A stretch of DNA of 61,222 nt, filler included. It is 10 parts of 10 records of this genome, joined end to end, with 100 filler letters (N's around TTAATTAATTAA, not from the genome) between each part and the next. Parts side by side here need not be neighbours in the genome. Positions count along the whole stretch, not along the records: positions 10,708 to 16,378 come from SRR20825010_4996; positions 16,479 to 24,806 come from SRR20825010_5001; 8 more parts are not named here. One strand, given 5' to 3'. Below are positions 11,232 to 21,889 of this stretch, piece by piece. The position numbers were made by a program, and so were the translations under genes. Position 1 is the first letter of the stretch; each line of letters starts with the position of its first letter. The notes under the pieces were generated by a model that saw nothing but the letters and a program-made list of their open reading frames with translations, was not told the DNA's origin and made no database searches.

Positions 11232-11801
11232 ATGACTCGCGCTTTTCTTCTTTCGACGGCATTGATTGTGGCGGCGCCGGCGGCCATGGCGGTTGAACCG
11301 CACGTCGCGATGCAGGCCTATGTGGATACCGAAATCATGACCTGGGCGCATGATGATACGATCATTGACGCGATTGCGATCCAGAACACCCTGACCGCGG
11401 GCTACGACGCCGTCCGGATCGATGCACTGGACAAGACTTGGCGCGCTGAGGTCGGCACCGGCTCTGACATGGTGGATGGGGTTCTGACAAACGCCGCAGC
11501 CGATTTCCTGCGCACACAGATTGCCGCCAGCGGCGGCATGATCACAGAGGTGTTTGTCATGGACGCACAGGGGCTGAATGTGGCGTCCTCGGGCGCCACC
11601 TCTGACTATTGGCAAGGGGATGAGGCCAAGTTTCAGGAAACCTATCCCAAGGGCGCAGGTGCCGTACATTTCGGCGAGATTGAATTTGATGAATCCAGTC
11701 AGACCTATCAGGCGCAGATCTCCGTCACGATCACGGACCCGGAAAGTGGCGCGCCGATCGGGGCGATGACGATTGGTATCGATGCCGAAGCGTTGATGTA
11801 A
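11232..11801 (+). CDS. Secreted stand-alone PDC/Cache-like sensor-domain protein
   Basis: Signal peptide; ITEVFVMDAQGLNVA...TSDYWQGDEAKF...IGAMTIGID; GGAG RBS at 11221; immediately upstream of an MCP. Confidence 0.7.
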   Translation: MTRAFLLSTALIVAAPAAMAVEPHVAMQAYVDTEIMTWAHDDTIIDAIAIQNTLTAGYDAVRIDALDKTWRAEVGTGSDMVDGVLTNAAADFLRTQIAASGGMITEVFVMDAQGLNVASSGATSDYWQGDEAKFQETYPKGAGAVHFGEIEFDESSQTYQAQISVTITDPESGAPIGAMTIGIDAEALM

Positions 11802-11843
11802 CACCTCACAACAACAAAATACCAACGGGCAAGGAACGCGAGC

Positions 11844-13598
11844 ATGACACAGGACGGCAAGACGCGGCTTGGGGCCGGGCTGCATTCGGTATTCGTCAGA
11901 TGTGCGGCGATCATGGCTATCACCACAATTGTGGTGGCGGGCGTGATCTCGGTTCAGGCGACGTCGCTGATCAAGGGGCTGGCGGTCAAGGGCGTCGTCG
12001 ACATGGCGGCCAAGACGGTGGAGCGCAACGCCGAGGCCCTGGCCAAGCCGATCAAGTTCAAGGTCATGCCCAAGATTGAGGAAATGACTTCGGCCGCATT
12101 GACTGCGGCCGGAGCGGATGGAAGCGCCATAGCGGTTCTGGATGCAGAAGGCACGTTGCTGGCGACTGCCGGTGACGATCCGGCACTTGTGGATGAGGTG
12201 GCCGCGCTGGCCCGTACCGTACTTGCTGATGGGACGCGGCAGGTGTCGAAACAGGGGTTGATCGTCGCGGAGCCCGTATTGGCCGGGCCAGAAGGGCCAG
12301 TCATTGGTGCGCTTGTCATGGCCTGGAACGCCGATGCGGCGCTGGCGGCAGTTGGTGCCGACAGATTGCGCATTCTGCTGACGGCGGCGGCGGTTTTTGT
12401 CGTGCTGATGGCGGGCACGCTGCTTGTGTTGCAGCGCAGTCTGGGACGCCCTCTGCGTCAAGTGACCGAAGCCATCAACCGGATTTCACGCGGTGACTAT
12501 GAGACCGAAATCGGCATGGCCGGACGGCGGGATGAGTTCGGAGAGATCGTCACGCATATGGGCTCTTTGATTGGTGCGCTGAGTGACGCGCGTACCGCGG
12601 AAGAGGCGCGCGCCGAGAACATGGAACGGCAGGTCGAAATGGTTCACCATCTGGGCGCAGCACTGGACATGCTGGCCGATGGCGTGCTCAACCGTGAAAT
12701 CCAGGCTGAATTCCCCGAAGAATACGCAGCCCTTCGCACCAACTACAATCGCGCGGTCACCAGTCTTCGGCAGGTCATTGACGAGGTGTCTGCCAGTGCG
12801 GGCAGTTTGCTGGACAATGCCAATCAGATCTCCTCCGCTTCGGATGATCTGGCACGACGGACGGAAACTCAGGCCGCCACGCTGGAGCAATCGGCCGCGG
12901 CGCTGGAAGAATTGTTGAGCAGCGTCACCGCCGCAGCAGAAAACGCGCAGAACGCGGATGAACAGGTGCGCCAGACCCGCGATATTGCCGAGCGCAACGG
13001 GCAAGTGATGAAATCCGCCATCGAGGCGATGGGCGCGATCGAAAAATCCTCGGACAAGATCAGTGAAATCACCAATGTGATCGACGACATCGCATTCCAG
13101 ACCAATCTGCTGGCGCTCAATGCGGGGGTTGAGGCGGCCCGGGCCGGGGAATCCGGCAAGGGATTTGCCGTGGTGGCCACAGAGGTGCGGGGCCTGGCGC
13201 AACGCAGTGCTGCGGCCGCCCAACAGATCAAGGACCTGATCGCCGGCGCCGGAGAGCAGGTGACCAGTGGAGTCAGGTTGGTCGAAGAGGCCGGCGGCGC
13301 ATTGGACGATGTACTGGCCCGTGTAGCAGATGTCTCAAAGATGGTCAGCGGCATCGCCAACAGCGCGGGTGAGCAGGCGCAGGGCTTGCAGGAAATCAAT
13401 GTCGGCGTGTCGAACCTTGACCGGGTCACGCAACAAAACGCCGCCATGGTCGAAGAGGCCACAGCTTCGGCGCACATGATGCGTGGGGATGCCAACGCCC
13501 TGAGCGAAACTGTGGGCCGGTTCACCACGCATGGCGAAGGCCCTTCCCACCGGTCCGCCAGAACACCTGCCGCCCGAGCAGTGGAACAAGCGGCCTGA
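11844..13598 (+). CDS. Methyl-accepting chemotaxis protein
   Basis: Two TM helices, HAMP region, signalling hairpin IAFQTNLLALNAGVEAARAGESGKGFAVVATEVRGLAQRS. Confidence 0.95.
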   Translation: MTQDGKTRLGAGLHSVFVRCAAIMAITTIVVAGVISVQATSLIKGLAVKGVVDMAAKTVERNAEALAKPIKFKVMPKIEEMTSAALTAAGADGSAIAVLDAEGTLLATAGDDPALVDEVAALARTVLADGTRQVSKQGLIVAEPVLAGPEGPVIGALVMAWNADAALAAVGADRLRILLTAAAVFVVLMAGTLLVLQRSLGRPLRQVTEAINRISRGDYETEIGMAGRRDEFGEIVTHMGSLIGALSDARTAEEARAENMERQVEMVHHLGAALDMLADGVLNREIQAEFPEEYAALRTNYNRAVTSLRQVIDEVSASAGSLLDNANQISSASDDLARRTETQAATLEQSAAALEELLSSVTAAAENAQNADEQVRQTRDIAERNGQVMKSAIEAMGAIEKSSDKISEITNVIDDIAFQTNLLALNAGVEAARAGESGKGFAVVATEVRGLAQRSAAAAQQIKDLIAGAGEQVTSGVRLVEEAGGALDDVLARVADVSKMVSGIANSAGEQAQGLQEINVGVSNLDRVTQQNAAMVEEATASAHMMRGDANALSETVGRFTTHGEGPSHRSARTPAARAVEQAA

Positions 13599-13840
13599 AC
13601 GCACCCGCCAACTGCCCTTGAGCAAATGCCGCCGCAGCCCTGCGGTGGCGGTCATAAAGCCGGCGGGTGCAGCCCGATTTCCGTTCGACTGCACAAATCG
13701 CGGGCATTTTTCGTCAGATGTCTCTGAGTTGCGGCATTGCTCGTCCGAATGCGCATCGAATTTGGCAACGGGTTTACATCCACGCCCGCGAAGGGTTCTG
13801 TGGAAGTAGGAAAACGCAACTCGGTACAGACGGGAAAACA

Positions 13841-16378
13841 ATGGCGATTACGGCGAGCATTCGGCACCTCACGCACTACAAGTATGACCGTCCGGTCACG
13901 CTGTCTCCGCAGATCATCCGACTTCGTCCTGCACCTCATAGCCGAACGCGGGTTATCAGCCATTCGCTCAAGGTGTCGCCAGAGGGCCATTTCGTAAATC
14001 ACCAGCAGGACATCTATGGCAACTGGCTGGCCCGTTTCGTCTTTCCCGAGCCAGTGACGGAATTCCGGATCGAGGTCGATCTGGTTGCCGACATGACCGT
14101 CTACAACCCGTTCGATTTTTTCGTGGACGATGTGGCGCGCGAATGGCCCTTTTCCTACCCCGAGGACATTGCCGCCGACCTTGCAGTCTATCGCAAGGCC
14201 GTGCCGATCACACCCAAGGTCAAGGCCTGGGTGGAAAAGGTGCCGCGCAAGAAGCAGGTCACCATCGACTTTCTGGTTGAGTTGAACCGCCAGCTGGAGG
14301 AGCAGATCGACTATCTGATCCGCATGGAGCCAGGCGTACAGACACCCGAAGAAACGCTGACCAAGGGCTCTGGCTCTTGCCGTGACACCAGCTGGCTTTT
14401 GATCAACATCTTGCGCCATCTGGGTTTTGCCACGCGCTTTGTCTCGGGTTATCTGATTCAGTTGAAACCGGATTTGGAAGCGCTTGATGGCCCGTCGGGC
14501 ACCGATCATGACTTTACCGATCTGCATGCGTGGTGTGAGGTTTATCTGCCGGGCGCAGGCTGGGTCGGCCTGGACCCGACCAGCGGGTTGCTGACCGGCG
14601 AAAGCCACATCCCTCTGGCCGCGACCCCGCATTTCAGCAATGCCGCGCCAATTGTCGGCGGCTTTGAAGGGCATGAAGACACCAAAACCGATTTCGACTT
14701 TGCGATGGAGGTGACGCGCATTGCTGAACACCCACGCATCACCAAGCCGTTTTCGGAAGAAAGCTGGGACGCGCTGGATGCATTGGGCCAGAAGGTCGAC
14801 GAGGAGATCGAAGCGGTCGACATGCGCCTGACCATGGGCGGTGAACCAACTTTTGTGTCGATCGATGATTTCGAAAGCCCCGAGTGGAATACCGATGCTG
14901 TCGGTCCGCAAAAACGGGCGCTGGCTGATCAACTGATCCGGCGCCTGCATGACAAATTCGCGCCTGGGGGTTTCCTGCATTACGGGCAGGGTAAGTGGTA
15001 TCCGGGCGAAACGCTGCCCCGCTGGACGTTTTCGCTATACTGGCGGCATGACGGCAAACCAATCTGGCGCAACAAGGATCTGGTGGCCCGCGAAACGGAC
15101 AAATCTGCGACCGAGGTTGACGCCGAACGGTTCATGACAGGCTTTGCCAAATCGCTGGAAATTGGCACGGAATATGTCCAACCGGCCTATGAGGACCCCG
15201 CTGTCTGGATACTCAAAGAGGCAGAGCTGCCTGAAAACGTGACACCCGAAGATTCACGTCTGAAGGACCCCGAGGCACGCCAAAGGATTGCGCGCGTGTT
15301 TGAGCGCGGGCTGGACAAGCCCGCCGGTTTTGTTCTGCCGATCCAACGCTGGCAATCGCGTGCCTTTGGCCGCGGCTGGAGGTCGGAACGCTGGCGCGCG
15401 CGGCGCGGCCATCTGTTCCTGATCCCCGGCGACAGCCCGGTGGGCTTTCGTCTGCCGTTGGGGACGCTGCCCTATGTCAGCCCGTCCAATTTTCCTTACG
15501 TCTACCCGGCGGATCCCAATGTGCCGGTCGACGATTTACCTGATTTCCTTGAAATGGACGACAAACGGCAGGCCGTGTTCGAGGAACTGCGCCGCATCGC
15601 CCAAGAAGAGCGTGACACGCTGCCCGAAACCACACCGGGCCGCGAACAGCCGGTGTCGGCCCTGCGCGGCGATGAGCCGTCAGAGGCGCTGCGCGAGCAG
15701 GCCGTCACGCCAGACGGGGCCACGGTGCGGACCGCCATTGCGGTGGAACCGCGCGACGGAAAACTGTGCCTATTTATGCCGCCGGTCGAACAACTGGAGG
15801 ACTATCTTGAACTGATTGCAGCGGCAGAGGCCACGGCCGATGCGCTGGACCTGCCGCTGCACATCGAGGGCTATACCCCGCCACATGATTCTCGTCTGAA
15901 CGTCATCAAGGTCGCGCCAGACCCCGGCGTGATCGAGGTCAACGTACATCCGGCGTCCAGCTGGAAAGATTGCGTCGACATCACCAGCACGGTCTATGAT
16001 GAGGCTCGCCAGTGTCGCTTGGGTGCGGACAAGTTCATGATCGACGGCAAGCATACCGGCACTGGCGGCGGCAACCACGTTGTTGTGGGCGGCGCGACGC
16101 CGATGGATTCGCCCTTCCTGCGACGACCGGATTTGCTGCGCTCCTTGATCTTGTACATGCAGCGACACCCCTCGTTGTCCTATCTGTTCTCGGGCACCTT
16201 TATCGGACCGACTAGTCAGGCCCCCCGGATCGACGAGGCGCGGCACGACACGTTGTATGAACTTGAAATCGCCATGTCGCAGATCCCCAACCCGGATGAA
16301 GGGAGTGCACCGCCGCCATGGCTGGTGGATCGCCTGCTTCGCAACATCCTGATCGACGTGACCGGCAACACCCACCGG
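13841..16378 (+). CDS. Transglutaminase-like protein fused to a DUF2126-type putative amidoligase region (3' truncated)
   Basis: N-terminal IRHLTHYKYDRPV; triad motifs GSCRD, DLHAW, GLDPT; later TMGGEPTFVS and GTGGGNHVVVGG. ATG 13841 is the likely start. Confidence 0.85.
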
Positions 16379-16658
16379 NNNNNNNNNNNNNNNNNNNNNN
16401 NNNNNNNNNNNNNNNNNNNNNNTTAATTAATTAANNNNNNNNNNNNNNNNNNNNNNNNNNNNNNNNNNNNNNNNNNNNCGCGCGCACCGATTGGGCTGTG
16501 CCCGCGCTGATCGCGCTGGCCGCGCCTGACGTGACAACCCATGCGACCGGCTTTGTCGAGGCCGCCAGCGACACCCCTTTTGACGACGTCCAAATCGTCC
16601 CGCCAGTGGATCGCGAAGATCCCTGTGCCTCCCTGACATCCAAATAAGGAACCTTCTT

Positions 16659-16973
16659 ATGTATCTGGCGATGAACCGTTTCACTGTGCCGTTGGAAAAT
16701 GCTGCCGAGTTCGAAGAACTGTGGCTGTCCCGCGAAAGCCGCCTTTCGGACATGGAAGGCTTTGTCGCGTTCCACATGCTCAAAGGCCCAGAGGACGAAG
16801 GGCGAATTCTGTACGCGTCGCACACCGTTTGGGAAAACGAACAGCATTTCCGGGCCTGGACAACCAGTGACGCCTTTCGCGCGTCCCACGCTCGCGCAGG
16901 GCAAACCCGTAAGCTGCATGAGGGCGCGCCAAAGTTCGAAGGCTTTAAGTCGATCCAGAAAATCGACGCCTAG
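16659..16973 (+). CDS. IsdG/HmuQ-like heme-degrading monooxygenase (ABM family)
   Basis: MYLAMNRF...WENEQHFRAWTTSDAFRASH retains the IsdG-family Asn/Trp/His residues; adjacent to a TonB system. Confidence 0.8.
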   Translation: MYLAMNRFTVPLENAAEFEELWLSRESRLSDMEGFVAFHMLKGPEDEGRILYASHTVWENEQHFRAWTTSDAFRASHARAGQTRKLHEGAPKFEGFKSIQKIDA

Positions 16974-17130
16974 GCGGGCAGTTCCATGATGTGTTTGCGA
17001 AAGGCACTCTGCAAAACTTAGTGAATTCATCAGGTATTGATAGCCGTCCTTCCGGGTGGTATTCACGACGCATCCAGCAAGGGTTTCGACCTCAGCCAGA
17101 TCACCGTTCAGGTTATGAGAGGCTGGGGAA

Positions 17131-17565
17131 ATGTCCGCTTACACGAAACTTGCTTGTGCCCTGTGTCTGGCCGCCGCGACGGTGGCCGGACCCAGTATTG
17201 CTCAGGATGCGCAGGGCGCGCATATTTCAATTGAACTCAACGCGCTGGAACCGATCGAAGGGGCCTGCCGGATCAGTTTTCTTGTGCAGAACGGCCACCC
17301 CACGGACATCGAACAAGCCGTCTATGAAGCGGTTTTGTTCGACACCGAAGGCCGCGTCGATCGCCTGACGTTGTTTGATTTCGGTGCCCTGCCCTCCGCC
17401 CGCCCCCGGGTCCGGCAGTTTACACTGACGGGTCTCGCATGTGCCGGACTAGGCCGTCTGCTGGTCAATGGGGCCGAGACCTGCACCGGGGACGGACTTC
17501 CCGCAGCGGCCTGCACGGATGGTTTGGAGTTGCGCAGTCGCACCGATGTTGAGGTGCTGGGATGA
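17131..17565 (+). CDS. Exported protein of unknown function associated with the TonB operon
   Basis: Signal peptide; four Cys in the mature part; stop overlaps the exbB start. Confidence 0.7.
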   Translation: MSAYTKLACALCLAAATVAGPSIAQDAQGAHISIELNALEPIEGACRISFLVQNGHPTDIEQAVYEAVLFDTEGRVDRLTLFDFGALPSARPRVRQFTLTGLACAGLGRLLVNGAETCTGDGLPAAACTDGLELRSRTDVEVLG

Positions 17566-18212
17566 TTGCCACGCTTCAAGACGCTGTTCTGCGCATCGCC
17601 GAGCTTGGCGGCCCGGTTGTCTTGCTGCTGGTGGCCTTGTCCGTTCTGGTTGCAACTGTGGTCCTGTATAAACTGTGGCAGTTCGCCGCCGCGGGTGTCG
17701 GCAGGCACAAGGCTCTGCGGCAGGCTATCGCTGCATGGGACGCGGGCGACAGGGCGGGTGCCCGCAACTATCTCGACCGTTCGCGCAGCTATCTGGTGCC
17801 GGTGATCGCCATGGCGGTTGAGGGCCAGACCGACGCAGACCGGCTGGAAGCCGAGGCAGAAACGCGTTTCGCACAGCTTGAACGCGGGTTTCGATTGCTC
17901 GATTCCGTCGCGCAGCTGGCCCCGTTGCTTGGGTTGTTCGGGACCGTTCTCGGTATGATTTCGGCATTTCAAGCACTGCAAGAGGCTGGCGCACAGGTGG
18001 ATCCCTCCATCCTTGCGGGCGGGATCTGGGTCGCTTTGATGACCACGGCGGTCGGGCTGGCCGTCGCCATGCCCACCTCTGTCGTACTCAGCTGGCTGGA
18101 ATCGCGCATGGATGCAGACCGCGTTTTGGCACATAAAGCACTGCGCACGGTGCTTGCGCCCACCGGGGCGACACCGGCGCAGACGTTTGCCGCAGAACCC
18201 GCCCATGCGTAG
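17562..18212 (+). CDS. exbB: MotA/TolQ/ExbB proton channel protein
   Basis: APLLGLFGTVLGMI...GGIWVALMTTAVGLAVAMP. Confidence 0.9.
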   Translation: MIATLQDAVLRIAELGGPVVLLLVALSVLVATVVLYKLWQFAAAGVGRHKALRQAIAAWDAGDRAGARNYLDRSRSYLVPVIAMAVEGQTDADRLEAEAETRFAQLERGFRLLDSVAQLAPLLGLFGTVLGMISAFQALQEAGAQVDPSILAGGIWVALMTTAVGLAVAMPTSVVLSWLESRMDADRVLAHKALRTVLAPTGATPAQTFAAEPAHA

Positions 18213-18585
18213 GCGAAAACCACGTCGCAAACTGTCGATGACATCGTTGATCGACGTCATCTTTCTGCTGCTGCTGTTCTTTATGCTGTCCTCCACGTTT
18301 ACCCGATTTGCCGAAGTGGATCTGGCAGCTGCCGGTGCCGGAACAAGTGCTGGCACAGATCGGCCTGTCTTTGTGACGTTGGGGATGCAGGCGTTGCGCG
18401 TGAACGGCTCGGACGCAGCATTAGAGGATTTGTCTGATAGCCTTGCCGCGCATCGCGACGGCGATGGTCCGCTTGGGGTGTTGGTGTCTTTGGGCGGCGA
18501 TGTCACGGCGCAACGCCTTACGGATTTGCTGTCGGTGCTAAGGGAAATTGCCGATCTTCAGGTAACGGTGTTGGAGGCAACATGA
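18205..18585 (+). CDS. exbD: ExbD/TolR family protein
   Basis: MTSLIDVIFLLLLFFML motif; ATG 18205 overlaps the exbB end. Confidence 0.85.
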   Translation: MRRRKPRRKLSMTSLIDVIFLLLLFFMLSSTFTRFAEVDLAAAGAGTSAGTDRPVFVTLGMQALRVNGSDAALEDLSDSLAAHRDGDGPLGVLVSLGGDVTAQRLTDLLSVLREIADLQVTVLEAT

Positions 18586-18968
18586 TACGCAAACCCGCCC
18601 GCCAGAAAGGCGAACCAACCATCGCCTTGATCAATATCGTCTTTTTGATGCTGATCTTCTTTTTGGTTGCGGGCACGCTTGCCGCGCCCTTGGACAAATC
18701 CCTGACACTGGTGCGCACCGCGTCGATCACTGGCACGCCCCCGGCGAATGCCTTGGTGGTTCATGCGGATGGTCGCATGACACATAAAGGTGCAACCGTG
18801 GAATCTGCGGCTGAATTTCTGGCAGCATTGCCAAGCGATGCACGGGACCGGGCGCGGATTGTGCCTGACCGGGATCTGCCCGCTGGCACGCTTGTGGAAC
18901 TGGGGCGCGCCCTGCGGAGCGCTGGGGCAGACCGCGTTGTTATCGTTACCGAAAGGGGGTTGGAATGA
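18582..18968 (+). CDS. exbD: Second ExbD/TolR family protein
   Basis: EPTIALINIVFLMLIFFLV; the conserved Asp is replaced by Asn. Confidence 0.85.
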   Translation: MIRKPARQKGEPTIALINIVFLMLIFFLVAGTLAAPLDKSLTLVRTASITGTPPANALVVHADGRMTHKGATVESAAEFLAALPSDARDRARIVPDRDLPAGTLVELGRALRSAGADRVVIVTERGLE

Positions 18969-20122
18969 TCCGATCTTCGCAGGCAGCCAAAGCCGTTGCC
19001 TTGTCGACCGCAATTGCTGTGCATGGGGCTTTGGCGCTGGCGCTGTCCGTGCCCGAAACGGTCAAAACCGAAGGGGCCGACGGAGCGGTGGAAGTCCGGT
19101 TGGGAAATGCCTTTCAGGACATGGCCGCCGGAACCCTGACACCAGATCCCTCCGATACCATCCAACCGGATGACGTCACCAAGGCGGCAGAGCCAGAACA
19201 AACCGATCGCACGGCTGCCGACGTCCCGGACGAGGCGCGCCCCGACCGTCCGACAGACCGTCTGACCGCTGCGCTTGCGAATCCTGTCACCCCAGACCGG
19301 CCGGAAACCGTCACAACCACCCCGCCGCCCGAGGCGGCAAAGCAGGTGACGCCCGTGGCGCTCGCCCCGGACATGGCCGACGGGACATTGGCACGAAACA
19401 CGGCAGAGATCGCAAAACCTCTCCCGCCAGAACGGGCCGACCAAACAACGCCCAAGACGGTCAAACCTATGGCCCCAAAGGCGGCTAGCCCCGTCGCGCC
19501 CGCAACTGTCACCGCCGCCGCCCCCAAAAGCGCGCCGGTTCCGACCAAGCCAGAAAGCGCGACGGCGGTTCGCCCGGAAAGCGCAACACCGCACGCCGAG
19601 GTTCTCCCCGAAAAGCTGTCGTCCAAGGCCCCCGAGAGCGCGGCGGTGACGCGGTCACTGCGGCCCAAACAACGCAGCACTGAATTTGAGAAAGCCCATA
19701 AACCGGCCCCGAAACCCAAACCGGTCAAACAAGCCAAGACCCCCACCAAGCAACCGCAAGGCGGTGCGCCCCACAATGCCCGCGCCGGTTCAACCACCGG
19801 CAAAGCCGCCGCCACCGCCCGCCAAAGCGGCAGTGGAGGCCGGACAAAAGAGGCAGGTAACGCAGCGGCCAGCAACTATCCCGGTCTCGTCATGCGCAGG
19901 CTGTCGCGCGCGGGCAAACCAAACATATCCGCACGCGGGACGGCCGTTGTCACCTTTTCCATCAGTTCTGGTGGCGGGCTGGCCTCGGTCTCGCTGGCGC
20001 AAAGCTCTGGCTCGTCCGCGCTGGACAGGGCGGCCGTTCGCCTTGTGCGCGGTGCTGGCCCCTTCCCCAAACCACCCCAAGGCGCCAGACGCAGCTTTTC
20101 GGTCAGGATCCAGGGGCGTTAA
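18965..20122 (+). CDS. tonB: Energy transducer TonB
   Basis: N-terminal anchor containing His, long Pro/Ala/Thr/Lys linker, C-terminal SSGSSALDRAAVRLVRGAGPFPKPP. Confidence 0.85.
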   Translation: MIRSSQAAKAVALSTAIAVHGALALALSVPETVKTEGADGAVEVRLGNAFQDMAAGTLTPDPSDTIQPDDVTKAAEPEQTDRTAADVPDEARPDRPTDRLTAALANPVTPDRPETVTTTPPPEAAKQVTPVALAPDMADGTLARNTAEIAKPLPPERADQTTPKTVKPMAPKAASPVAPATVTAAAPKSAPVPTKPESATAVRPESATPHAEVLPEKLSSKAPESAAVTRSLRPKQRSTEFEKAHKPAPKPKPVKQAKTPTKQPQGGAPHNARAGSTTGKAAATARQSGSGGRTKEAGNAAASNYPGLVMRRLSRAGKPNISARGTAVVTFSISSGGGLASVSLAQSSGSSALDRAAVRLVRGAGPFPKPPQGARRSFSVRIQGR

Positions 20123-20352
20123 GCCAAGGACCGCCCCGACAAACTGTGATCGCAATGGGCGCACTTTCTCAACCCGGAACTGTGGCCGGACCGGACGACA
20201 GTATTCCTTGATCGCAGTCCGGATACCGGGATTGGTCAATCCCTCATCGTATTGCCTGTGGCACTTCAGGAATGCAGCCGGCACGGCGTGGCCCCGATTT
20301 AAAGCGAGGAGCATATGTTGCTTCTTGCTGCGAATTCGCCAAGGGTTAGCGC

Positions 20353-20820
20353 ATGACACGCAACACGCTCTCCATCCGATTGGCCCGACAGACCGACCTG
20401 CCCGCTCTGATCGCCCTTTATGCCGATGATGACATTGGACAAACGCGGGAAAAGGCCAAGCCCGATCCAGCGTATCAAAGCGCGTTTGACGCCATCGATG
20501 CCGACCCCAATCACTTGCTTGTTGTCGGTGAATTGGACGGCGTGATCGCCGCAACATTGCTGTTGTCGTTTATCCCCGGCCTGTCCCGTCACGGTGCATG
20601 GCGCGCACAGATAGAGGCGATGCGCGTGGCCCGGGCGCTGCGTGGTCAGGGTCTGGGCCGGGATCTGGTCGACTGGGCGGTCGAGGAGGCGCGGCGGCGC
20701 GGATGCTCTTTGGTGCAGCTCACCTCTGACCGTCGAAGATCCGACGCCCATCGATTCTACGAACGCGCCGGATTTGAGCCGACGCATTTCGGTTTCAAAC
20801 TATCACTGGAGACGACATGA
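20353..20820 (+). CDS. GNAT family N-acetyltransferase
   Basis: VARALRGQGLG acetyl-CoA motif; AHRFYERAGF. Confidence 0.9.
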   Translation: MTRNTLSIRLARQTDLPALIALYADDDIGQTREKAKPDPAYQSAFDAIDADPNHLLVVGELDGVIAATLLLSFIPGLSRHGAWRAQIEAMRVARALRGQGLGRDLVDWAVEEARRRGCSLVQLTSDRRRSDAHRFYERAGFEPTHFGFKLSLETT

Positions 20821-21866
20821 CCAAATTTCCGGTCTTTGACGGACACAACGATCTGGTTCTGCGCCTGCTGCGGGGCGATGTGACCGCAGAACAAGTGACC
20901 GAGGGCCTGCACGATGGCCACATTGACAAGCCGCGCGCACAAAGCGGCGGCTTTGGCGGCGGCATGTTCGCGATTTTTGTGCCCAGCCCCGGCAACAAAG
21001 CCGTCCGGCACGAAGAAATGATCAAACCTGCCTATGACATTCCCCTGCCTGAGATCGTGTCAGAAGTTGAAGCGCTGGACTGGACCGATCGCGGGTTCGC
21101 GGCGCTTGAGGATCTTGAGACGGCGGGCGCTGTCCGCCTTTGCCGGACAGCCGCCGAGGTAGAGACCGCCCTGCCCTCACCGGAAATGGCCGCCGTCATG
21201 CATATTGAGGGCGCCGAGGCGGTGGACCGAGAGTTTGAGCGCCTGCACACTTGGCACGCGCGCGGGTTGCGATCACTCGGCCCGGTCTGGAGCCGGGACA
21301 CCGTCTGGGGGCACGGTGTGCCGTTTCGCTATCCGTCCGACCCAGACACCGGGCCCGGGCTGACAGAGGCGGGCAAGGCGCTGATCCGTGAATGTAACCG
21401 GCTGAAGATATTGGTGGATTTGTCCCATCTGAACGAGAAAGGCGTCGATGACGTCGCGCGCATCACCGATGCGCCGCTGGTGGCGACGCACTCCAACGCA
21501 TGGGCCGTTTGTCCGCATTCACGCAACCTGACCGACCGTCAGCTGGACATGATCCGCGACAGTGATGGAATGGTGGGCATAAACTTCGCCAGTGCCTTTC
21601 TACGGCCGGACGGACGAATGGATGCAGAGTTTGAGCTTGACATAATGCTCCAACATTTTGACCATCTGGTCCAAAGACTGGGTGAAGACCGCGTTGGCCT
21701 TGGATCGGATTTTGACGGGGCACTGGTACCCGCACCGATCGGAGACTGCTCAGGCCTGCCCGCTCTTGTCGAGGCACTGCGATCTCATGGTGTGGATGAC
21801 GGCCTGATGGCCAAGATCACACATGGGAACTGGCTGCGCGTCCTAAGGAAAACCTGGGGCGCTTAA
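20817..21866 (+). CDS. Membrane dipeptidase (peptidase M19)
   Basis: FDGHND, IEGAE, VDLSH, ATHSN, GSDFDG motifs. Confidence 0.9.
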   Translation: MTKFPVFDGHNDLVLRLLRGDVTAEQVTEGLHDGHIDKPRAQSGGFGGGMFAIFVPSPGNKAVRHEEMIKPAYDIPLPEIVSEVEALDWTDRGFAALEDLETAGAVRLCRTAAEVETALPSPEMAAVMHIEGAEAVDREFERLHTWHARGLRSLGPVWSRDTVWGHGVPFRYPSDPDTGPGLTEAGKALIRECNRLKILVDLSHLNEKGVDDVARITDAPLVATHSNAWAVCPHSRNLTDRQLDMIRDSDGMVGINFASAFLRPDGRMDAEFELDIMLQHFDHLVQRLGEDRVGLGSDFDGALVPAPIGDCSGLPALVEALRSHGVDDGLMAKITHGNWLRVLRKTWGA

Positions 21867-21889
21867 TAATAAAAACAGGGAGTTACAAC

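Noticed and set aside
19100-19800. Low-complexity Pro/Ala/Thr/Lys repeats
   Set aside because: This is the ordinary periplasm-spanning linker of TonB.
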